Below, one piece after another: positions 54,300 through 64,000 of a stretch of 64,000 bases of DNA (position 1 is its first letter; each line of letters opens with the position of its first letter). Under the pieces are notes generated by a model, which worked only from the letters and a program-made list of their open reading frames with translations, made no database searches and was not told the origin of the DNA. Origin of the DNA: Ginglymostoma cirratum (Eukaryota). The stretch covers positions 50,131,201 to 50,195,200 of the forward strand of contig JAHRHZ010000012.1 in assembly GCA_024137785.1 (NCBI GenBank), in the 5' to 3' direction. Both the position numbers and the translations under genes were made by a program.

Positions 54300-56420
54300 G
54301 CTGACATCCCAAGGAAATGAATATTGAATCAGGGTCTATGATTCATCCAAATGATCCTAAGTAAATTTTCAGTAATTAAGAAAGTAATGGCATTAATGCG
54401 TCACAAACTCCCAGAACAAGATGATTTCCAACGTAAAGGTTTAAAAGGAAGTAAGTGAAATGCCAAATGATAATTTTATCATTATCTTTATATTTATAGA
54501 TGGAAAATTATTGGAGTCTATAATTAAGGATAGGATTTCTGAATACCTTGAAATGTTTCAGCTGAACAGAGAGAACCAGCAAAAATTTGTAAAGAGTACA
54601 TCATGAATAGCAGACCTGAACAAATTTTTGAAAAGATGACAAAATTGCTGGTCAGGGAAACATTAATGAATGCTATATATTTAAAGGCAATTGGTAAAAC
54701 CTTTACAAAATTAATTAATATTGATTTTTATGGAGTTGAAGACAAATCATTGACTTGGTTAGGAAATTGTATGATTGACAGAAGACAGATAAAAGAGATG
54801 ATGGGTAGATACTGTAATTTGCAGAAGGAACAAGTGACATTTCACAAAAATTTGTGATTTTGCCATCTCAAACATTCATTGTAATTATTGATGATTTAGA
54901 GGATGGGATAGAATGTCGCCCTCCAAGTTTTCTGATGCCCCAAACATGGGGAACACTGTAAGTAGTGTAAATAGAAGCATGAAATTACAAACAGATCACA
55001 AAGTGAATGATGAAAACTGTGACCAACATATGTCAATGAAAGCAAATGTAAAGTTACCAACTTTCTGAAGAATAGCCATGCCAGACTTGAAACATTAACT
55101 CAGTTACTGTCTCTACAGATGCTACCAAATCTGCTAGGTTTCTCCAGCATTCTCTGGATTGTTAAGGGAAGGGCTTGTTAGTCAAATTTAATCAAATCTT
55201 TTGAGAAGCTAACCAGGAATGATGATGAAGGTAACACATTTGATGCGATCTACATGGATTTTGCAAAGCTTTTCACAAGGTTCCTCACAGCAGACTGATT
55301 AAGAAAGTAAGAGTCCATGGGATCAAAGCAAGACAGCATGCCGGACCCAAAACTGGCTGAGTGGACAAAACCTATAGGGTGATGGTATAGTGATGTTTCT
55401 GTAATTGGAAGTCTGTTTTCATTAAGGGTCAGCAGGGCTCAGTACTGGGACCATTTTTTGTTTGTGGTATACATTAATAACTCGGACATGAATGAGGAAG
55501 CATGATTAAGAAGTTTGTGAATGGCATGAAAATTTATTGGGTATAGGATGCAGGATTTATAGGATAGCTGTAAACTGTAGGAGGATAACAGGTTGGTTGT
55601 TAGGTTGACAGATTGGTAGAGCAGTGACAAATGGAATTCAATCCAGAAAAGTATGAGCTAATGTGCTTGGGGAGGGCTAACAAAGGTGAGGATTACACCA
55701 TTAATCCTGGAAAGGACTGGTGTCATATCCACAGAATCCTGAAGGCAGCAAAATGATTACATAAGGTTTTTACAAAGGCATATGGCTTATTTTTTATTCT
55801 GTGTCTCAACTATTAAAGGCAACAACAGTGAGGTTATGTTGCAATGGTACAAAAGACTGGCTGGACCATAACAGGAGTAATTTGGGAACATCTGTTTGCC
55901 AAACTATAGGAAGGATGTGCTTGTATTAGAGAAGGTTGAGAGGAGATTTACCAGGAGGTTGGCTGGGCTGGCAGGTCTGAGCTACGAGGCAAGGTTGGAT
56001 AGACTGGGGTTGCTTGTTTTGCAGCAATTTAGGTTGAGAAGTGACCTGATAGGGATGTATAAGGTTGTGAGAAGCATAGATAGGATGAATAAGAAGACTT
56101 TTTTTTTCAATAGTAGAGCAATAACTTTAGATTATTAGATTTATTATTATTAGAGGCATAGATTTAAGGTAAGAGATAAAAGGCTAAGATGAGAATTGAG
56201 GAGAAATATTTTCACCCAGAGGGTGGTGGGAGACTTATTGTCATGAAAGAGTGGTTGAGTCAATAACTTGTACACTTAAGCAATATTTAGATATAATGGC
56301 CTCTAGAGCTATGGACCAAGACCTGGAAAATGGGTCAAGTGTCATCAGAACTTTGTTAACCAGTATAGACACAGTGGGCCAAATGGTCTTCTTCTGAACT
56401 ATAAACATCTAGTGAGTGTG
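54300..56420 (+). mobile_element. Two CR1 RT relics (54300-55060, 55165-56420)
   Basis: DAIYMDFAKAF.KVPH.RL; PNYRKDVLVLEKVERRFTR...RLRSDLIGMYK. Confidence 0.85.
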
Positions 56421-56492
56421 TAAATCACGTTCCAAAATCACTTAGTACTGCAAGGAAGCATTGGGGTTTTGTCTGTTACGGTGAATGGATAG

Positions 56493-57416
56493 GCATTAAG
56501 ATGACATCATCACCCTTCTGACTGCCTGCAAAATTGCCAAAAGAGCAATTAAAGTCATCAACCCAAATAGACTGCACAGACTCTCAACAGAATTACAATT
56601 GCAGCAAATTGCCTTTGGGGGAACGGTCAGGTGTCACTTTAAAAAGGCATCAGAAGACCTTCATCACCTCAAAAAACAAGAAAACATTCTGCAAAAGCAA
56701 ATTTCTGAAGAAATGACTATCATGCAAAGAAGGAAAAATTCAAGAAGTTAAAGGTACACAAGAAAAGGTGAAGAGAATGTTTCCGGTTGGGGATAAGTGA
56801 CAGTTGTAACAGATTCTAGGCCATTAACTTGAACTTACAAGGGTTTGAAATGGAATTTAAACTCACCACAAAAGCAGTGTTTCAATACTGATAGACTCCT
56901 TCCCATGGTTGAGGTCTGTAACAGTCATAGAGTCATAGAGCTATAAAGCAGAGAAACAGACCCTTTAGTCCGACTCATCCATGCCAGCCAGATATCTTAT
57001 GTAAATCTAGTCCCATTTGCCAGCATTTGGCCCACGTCCTCTAAACCCTTCTTATTCATGTACCCATCCAGATGCCTTTTAAATGTTGTAATCGTACCAG
57101 CCTCCACACTTCCTCTCGCAGCTCATTCCATACACACACCACCATCTGCATGTGCACAGTCTTACTGCCCAAAAAACACTGCTCCAGGAAAACTCAGTAC
57201 CTATGTTTTATATTTTTAAAGTTTAATCAAGAGACAGATCTCAATGAAAGCATATAATCGAAAAGAACCCACTCTACTCACTATTGCACATTTACTAAAA
57301 AAAAAGTAAACTTGGCTGTTCCCCTTCTGTGAGCTCCCCGCACAACCTTCTCCAAGGTCAGCTATTAATTTTGCTGTTGTATAAAATTCCAAGGTCTTGG
57401 AGGCACAGATCTTTAG
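56493..57416 (+). pseudogene. Two exon remnants (56493-56753, 57222-57416)
   Basis: H*DDIITLLTAC...KASEDLHHLKKQENILQKQISEE (83 stop-free codons); LTIAHLLKKK*TWLFPFCE...RSAINFAVV; both phase 2-2. Confidence 0.6.
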
Positions 57417-57483
57417 GTATGTAGGGATATCACCACACATTTGAGTGATGAGGAAAGTTATGGTCTGGGAGACCCTCGGACTA

Positions 57484-60008
57484 AGATTCAAGATTGTTGA
57501 CTGTATTTATTCCACCATTTGAGTATCATTGTTTCAATTATATCCCATTTGAGATCTCCTCTGTACCAGAGATTTTCCAAAGAAAATGTCTAGAATCCTG
57601 GATTGGAAACGGTGAGCCATTTGCCATATGGATGATATTCTAATGCATTGTGAAACAAAGAAGGAACACGAAAAGAGGACCAGAGACATATTAATGACAT
57701 TATAGAATACAGATGTCACACTAAATGAGAAATGTCAATTTCATAAGCCATCGATTACATTTCAGGACATATTATTCAAGAACAAGGCATCACAGTGCAT
57801 CCAAGGAAGGCCAGAGTTATCAGTGAATTTCCGGAATGGAAGTACAGAAATAATCTACAATGTTACTTAGACACAGTATATTAAGTGGGAAGATTTATCC
57901 CAAATTTACTCAGTCTAAGAAATCCATACAGCACTTTTGCAAAAATGGCATAAAATGAAATTGGAAGCCAGAACAGACTGCGGCTTTTGAAAGGATGAAA
58001 GAGAAGTTACTTTGAAGAAAAAAATCCATGGGAAAGGTTAGCAATAGAACTGTTTGATTTTAGAGAGAAGGTATTTTTCATTCTTGTTGCCTAATTCAAG
58101 TTGGATTGAAGTGGCAAAACTTCATTCAGACACAGGGGGAGTCCACGACCAGAGAACTGAAAAGGACATTTGTGATACACGATTTCCTAGGAGAAGTAGT
58201 ATTGAACAGTGGATCTCAATCCATGAACAAGGATTTCAAGGAGTTTACTTTGGAGATAAATATTAAGAATGTAACAGGTTCTCCACTCCATCCCCAGTCA
58301 AAGGGAGAGGCAGGAAAAGCAATCAACACCATGAAGTCATTGATGCTTAAGAATCCAGACAGTGAATTAGTTCTGCCCATTTGCAAAGCAACACTATCAA
58401 ATAGTGGGTAATTGAGAGAAGAATTGTTAATGAGGAGGAGGTTAGAAATGTATGTATCAGTTTTAGAAAATAACCTCAGGCCAAACATAACAAGGACATT
58501 TCAAGGTCATGAGAAGATCAAATAATTACAGAAAAACCACCGTAGAAAGCAGCAGAGGCATTACAACTCTAGACATATAACATAGAACATAGAACAGTAC
58601 AGCACAGTATGGGCTCTTCGGCCCACAGTGTTGTGCTGACCTATTATCCTACTCTAAGATCAAACCACCCTGCATACCCTATGTTTTACCATCATCCATG
58701 TGTCTATCTAAGAGTTGCTTAAACGTTCCTAATGTACCTGACTCCACTACCACCACTGGCAGTGCATTCCACATACCCACCACTCTCTGTGTAAAGAACC
58801 TGCCTCTGACATCTCCCCTACATCTTCCTCCAATCACCTTAAAATTATTCCCCCTCATAATAGTCATTTCCACCCTGGGGAAAAAAGTCTCTGGCTATCC
58901 ATTCTATCTATGCCTCTCATCATCTTGTACACCTCTACCAAGTTACCTCTCATCCTTCTTCACTCCAATGAGAAAAGCCCTAGCTCCCTCAACCTTTCCT
59001 CATAAGACCTGCCCTCCAATCCAGGCAGCATCCTGGTTAATCTCCTCTGCATCCTCTCTAAAATTTCCACATCTTTCCCATAATGAGGTGACCAGAATTG
59101 AACACTAGTATGGCCTAACCAGGGTGCAATAGAGTTGCAGCATAACCTCACGGGTCTTAAACTCATTTCCCCTGCCAATGAAAGCCAACACACCATATGC
59201 CTCTTAACACCCCTATCAACTTGGATGGCAACTTTGAGGGATCTATGGATGTGGACCCCAAGCTCCCTCTGCTCCTCCACACTGCCAAGAATCCTGTGAT
59301 CACCCTGTATTCTGCATTCAAATTCAACCTTCCAAAATGAATCACTTCACACTTTTCCGGGTTGAGTTCCATCTGCTACTTCTTTGCCCAGCTCTGCATC
59401 CTGCCAATGTCCCATTGCAACCTACAACATCCCTCCACACTATCCACAACTCCAGCAACCTTTCTGTCATCAGCAAACTTACTAACCCACCCCTCCACTT
59501 CCTCATCCAAGTCATTTATAAAGATCATAAAGAGCAGAGATTTCGCAAAGAGCAAAGAACAGATTTCACATAGGGTGAAAAATCTACTAGCGTTAAAGAC
59601 AGGACAGAAAGACTGACTAAAAATTAGGATGTCAAAAGCCAAAGTCATCAAAAAAATAGATTAGTTGAGATTTTATTATGGCAGAATGCCTAAGGGGACA
59701 GTCAGGACAAACAGAAAGACACTTAACTCAAGAAGTGACACAAAGTACGATTATCAGAAAATAATGGAAAGCCATATTTGCACTAGAGTGTACTTATTGG
59801 CATAATCATTCCAGACACACCATCACCCAAGAGTTGAACTCAAGTGAATTAGTTTGGAATGTCCAGTCAGAGTTTAAGACCTGTGAGATCTAAAGTGTGG
59901 AAGTGGGATGGTGGATGATAATGATAATGGTCATAACAGTGACAATGGTAATAATTGTATTAATGATGAAATTGCTGATTTCCAGTACAGAGTAGCTTGG
60001 GGGAGATT
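57484..60008 (+). mobile_element. Gypsy pol relic (RT, integrase, PPT); RNase H deleted
   Basis: LLTVFIPPFEYHCFNYIPFEISSVPEIFQ; CHMDDIL; PWERLAIELFDF; GSPLHPQSKGEA; TVRTNRK; PPT-like ttgggggagat about 59998-60008. Confidence 0.88.
58580..59545 (-). mobile_element. Young CR1 LINE, 5'-truncated, inserted in the Gypsy integrase
   Basis: IFINDLDEEVEGWVSKFADD; [20 protein letters not shown]; (aacatag)n tail. Confidence 0.93.
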
Positions 60009-60038
60009 TATGAGATTCATATAAGTAATGAAGATGTG

Positions 60039-60356
60039 GGTGGCACAGTGCCTAAGTGGTTAGCAATGCTGCCTCTCAGAATGACGGGTTCAATTTCAGC
60101 TGTGGTAGACTGTCCGTATGAGTTTCTGCCGTGTGATCCAGTTTCCTCCTTGAATCTAAAGCTGTGCAGGTTAGGTGGATTGACCATGCTAAATTGTCCA
60201 TAGTATCCAGGGATATGTAGGCTAGGTGGATTGGCCATATAAGTGTGGGATTATTGGGATAGGAGAAGGTGGTGGGTTTGGTTGGGATGCTGTTCAGAGA
60301 ATCAGTGCAGACTTGAAGAGCCAGGTGACCTCTTTCCACACTGTAGGGATTCTGTG
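60039..60356 (+). mobile_element. Degenerate HE1-type V-SINE
   Basis: Head ggtggcacagtg...gggttcaatttc; tail ctgtagggattc. Confidence 0.8.
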
Positions 60357-60731
60357 TCATAGATGACATGATTTCAACATCAGGGAGAGTTAACACTTCT
60401 ATGTGAAGTAAGTCTGTGAAAAGGGAGTTTGTGGATGTTCCACTAGACCATTGAATTTGAGGCCCTAGTCTCAAACTTGTTCTCAGATCAGGCACAGTGG
60501 GGCAGAAGAAATCCAGTCTCCAAAAACCCAGGCCTATAAAATTAACCATCAATTTTATGTCTGGGGAAGGGAGCTGAATTGGGAATCATGCTGGGCAATT
60601 TGGGAAGAGCCTCAAAGGCTGCCCTTTCTTGAGATGGAATAGATGGAGATTATTCAAGCCTCTAGCCAAAGGTCAGAGTGTAAAAATAAGGATAAAAACA
60701 TCAATCATCTCTTCTGTCACTCCCCACACAG

Positions 60732-61098
60732 ACCCCATGCCCCATCCAAGCCAACCAATGCCCTTTGGCACATCTACATGATTCTTCATATCTCCTTCAT
60801 ATCGTTTGCTGCTAGTCACAAGTAAGGGCCTTTTCTCGTCCCTGGACCAATTTGAAAACCATATATACTACATTAAATGGATGCAGAAAGTCCAGGAGAT
60901 CCATATGGAATAACCAAAACACTCTACATTGGAACTACCATTGTATCCGAGACCATTGAATCAGGCAACTGAATCAGCGTCATGAAACCTTAGTCGTTGT
61001 ATATGCTTAACACCTATGGTTGCAATTGCTGTAATTGGAGGATGATGCTTTTGTGAAATATTTAAAAGTGTATTCTACAACCTTGTGTTTGAATAAAG
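60732..61098 (+). pseudogene. Exon remnant with a complete RGS-like domain
   Basis: cccacacag acceptor, aaag|gtactg donor; SFISFAASHK (fs) GLFSSLDQFEN...KVQEIHME*PKHSTLELPL (fs) IRQLNQRHETLVVVYA*HLWLQLL*LEDDAFVKYL. Confidence 0.7.
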
Positions 61099-61329
61099 GT
61101 ACTGTCTTTGGGTGTTAATTTAAAAAAAAGGAGCAAGCAACCTCAGGGACCAGTATGTGCTGACACCCACAGTCCAGAGATACTCCACATAGTATCGCAA
61201 AGTGCAGGAAGCAGTATTAGTTCAAAGTGCAAGATAAAGTAGCCACAAGCTACAAACAGTGGAAATTAACCAGGCTTTGGCATGGGGAGGGGGTGATTCC
61301 AGGTGCTTAAATCAGTAAATGTCCATGCA

Positions 61330-61950
61330 AGAAACACAGGAAACAACAAAATAATAATAAAAAATATTGGCCTTTATATCTAGAAGAATAGAATACAAGG
61401 AGACAGGAGTCATACTTCTATATACAAAGCTCTGGTCGGTCTACTTCTTAGAGTACCATCAGCAGCTTCTGGGAGCCACAACTTAGAAAGGAGAAAATGG
61501 TCTAAAAGAGATATGGGGTTAATATACCAGAAAGCTACCTGAACTCCAATGGTTAATTCAAAAAGAGACACTACACAGACTAGCATTGCAATCTCTGTAT
61601 TTAGAAAACTAAAAGCGGAATATGGTTTAATTTTCTAAGATACTAAGGAAATAAGATCAAGTAAATGAAAGTCAACTGTATCTGTTCTTTGAGAGGCTAA
61701 GACCACAGGACAAAAAATTAAAGCCAGACCCTTCAAGAATAAAAATATACATGCAAACGATGGTAGAAAGTTGGAATTCTCGTTTGCAAAAAGCAGTTAA
61801 CGCTGGATATTTATATGTATATTACTTATAATTTTTTGTTATTCAAAGGTATTGAATGATATGGAAAAACGAAATATAGAGTTAGGTTTTGAGTCAGGTA
61901 TCATCCCAATGAATGGCAGAGTAGACTGAGGAGGATAATGTTATTTCTCA
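61330..61950 (+). mobile_element. Old CR1 3' relic
   Basis: LAFISRRIEYK...YKALV..LLEY; WNS near 61770. Confidence 0.75.
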
Positions 61951-62713
61951 TTTTCAAAGCTGTTGCCTAGGATTAAAGTTTCATTTCTGATATATATATA
62001 TCAGATATCCATTTTCAGTGACTGATTAATCAATGAGGAGGTCCAAATGTTATTCATGACTGATCTTGATTTAAATACAGAAGACAAGCTTCATTTTTAG
62101 AAGCTTGACATTTGGAAAGTTAAGAGAACTGGTGTGCAGAGACAGAAGTGGATCTCAGAAATACTTTAAATGGGAAGGCTGGGAAGCTTGGGTTCCTGGG
62201 TCACAGTGGGAAATCTTAACAATGCAACAACAGATTAAATTTATGGGGAAATACAATGCAAAAATGACTATATCTTGACAGGTCGTTATTGTAGGTAATG
62301 TCTTTTGGCATAACCCAAGGATATGAAATGCATAATATAAATGTAAAGAGTACACAAACAACAGTTGATCTTAACTCAGAATATGAAGCTTAAAAGTCTA
62401 ATCAAGTAAAATACATTATTAAACCATTTCCACTTTAATCTCAATCCCATTGATGTTCCCTTTAAATATTCACTTTAAGAAGAATTAGAAATGCCTGCTT
62501 CCAGGCATGTAGGTTTGTGGCGTGAGCGTCGTGGAAGCAGATAGTGTACCATAATTGAAGAAACACTATCTACAACCTACAGGAGTGTAACTACATGGTC
62601 CATGAGGCATAATACTTCAGATTAAAGGTGTGCTGCAAGAAAATTTGCAACATGAGGGGTGTCAGATCTTGATCATGAAAGCATGTTTGACCTGAATTTT
62701 CTCTAAATTGCAG

Positions 62714-63595
62714 GAGTCAAGTTAGTTAATGTCAAGAAATCTTTGTTCAAGGAACAATTTGCCAAACAAATTTTGATTACTGAGGAATATTCAAGAAACA
62801 ACCTGTAGAAGATTTCATAGGGCTTCCTAGACACCTGATGAAACCTGTGAAGAAAACTGAACACAGTGAAAACAGTTATGATGGATAAAATAAATTCATT
62901 TCATACTAACCAAATGGAAACCTGTGACTGTACAGGATTTGCAATAATGTCTTCGATTCCTATCAGCACAAGAGAGTTCAGATTGCAAGAATCAGCAATG
63001 TTTGCAGGGAAATGCAAACGATAAGACAACAAATGAGCAGTGTAACGTACTTGAGTTCACTGATGAATTGTCAACAAATGTAATTACGATGTTATTGTCA
63101 TGCAGTTAGCTGAACCAACTGTGACTACTGATTCAAGCCTGATGTCACATCCTGTCAAGCAGAACAGTATTATTCTGTATCTTCTCAGGAGGATCAGTGA
63201 CAAAGATCATGCCACGCAAGAGTGATCTTTCAAGTAGTATGAATGAGGATGTCAATTCACTAATAAAGCAATTATTGTGGATGAATGAAAACATCCAATC
63301 AAAAGAATAAATTGAAGTAAGGAGTCTATACACTTCAACACAGATTTGTCAACATACTGAGAATGAAACTCTGCTTACACAATTTAAGGAAGAAAGCATC
63401 AATGAGATAGGACAACCAATGTCCACTGATTCTGTCAAGAAGAAATTGCCTAGTTTAAAGGTCCAGGATATTGCCAAAAAGAAAACAAAACTGCCTGGTC
63501 TAGAACTTTGAAGCCAGGGCCTTGTGGAGGGATGGGGTACTGATATAAGTAATTGTATACGCAAATATGTAAAGTTAATGAGAAAAAAATCTGAG
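62714..63595 (+). pseudogene. Large low-complexity (S/K/E-rich) exon remnant
   Basis: ttgcag acceptor phase-matched to the previous exon, gag|gtgaga donor; frame 63143-63631 has only two internal stops in 163 codons. Confidence 0.55.
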
Positions 63596-64000
63596 GTGAG
63601 ATTTTATATAATTTGGGGGGATCAATGCTGAAGAATGCATTAAGAACCAATGATGTCATGGCTAATAATTTAGGGGAAAGCTTAGTGTCTCAAAAAGTAA
63701 AATCTAACATCGAAGACCCTTTCCTCCTCTTAATAACAATGCCTATCGTATCAACATAACTTGTAGTTAGTTGCTATTATGCAATAATTGTTTAAGGCAA
63801 GAACATCTGCTCATTAGACCACTAGGTGGTTTTGCCCTTCCATATACACCGAGCAGATACTATAGATCCCTACCAGGAAAGAGATTGGAGCCGCAAATCT
63901 ACCAGATGGATTTTATAACACAATGAGCTGTGGTGAGAATATATTTTACAACATTCAGGATTCTGAAGTATAATAAAGTTACTGTGATAGTCTAATTCTT

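Larger units (their letters stand above)
4064..63595 (+). pseudogene. Decayed multi-exon gene encoding many tandem RGS-like domains (RGS22/RGSL1-like style); may extend beyond the window
   Basis: More than 25 + strand segments with polypyrimidine-AG / GT splice sites whose translations repeat the RGS pattern (F..F/YL, L.FW..V/IE, KA..IY..YL, FD.AQ..I..L). Many are interrupted by stops and frameshifts; a long run of exons is phase compatible. Confidence 0.72.

Noticed and set aside
35730-60008. Gag-PR and RT-IN relics as one Gypsy element split by 20 kb
   Set aside because: Many ordered host exons lie between them and no matching LTR pair was found; two separate insertions are simpler.
1-64000. 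CRISPR array, tRNA or rRNA genes, prokaryotic operons
   Set aside because: No regularly spaced repeats; tRNA-like boxes belong to SINE heads; the sequence is eukaryotic.

Overview
AT-rich, repeat-dense vertebrate genomic DNA. HE1-type V-SINEs, CR1/HER1 LINEs and shark-type Penelope and Harbinger relics point to a cartilaginous fish (inference). No intact protein-coding gene, rRNA/tRNA gene or CRISPR array is supportable; most long ORFs in the track are TE fragments or their antisense frames. The main result is that the unique sequence between repeats is largely exon remnants of one very large + strand spliced gene (at least 4 kb to 63.6 kb). Read through stops and frameshifts, the remnants repeatedly give the helix pattern of RGS (regulator of G-protein signalling) domains, about 15-20 copies by eye, RGS22/RGSL1-like in style, followed by a large low-complexity exon. 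It looks like a decayed unitary pseudogene of a giant multi-RGS protein. Also present: three recent 90-120 bp locally templated duplications (35-42 kb) that all copy exon or splice-site sequence of this gene, Penelope pLTR mini-elements with minimal hammerhead ribozyme cores, two convergent Harbinger ORF pairs, and Gypsy gag-PR and RT-IN relics. All translations and family calls were made by eye; TE boundaries are approximate.
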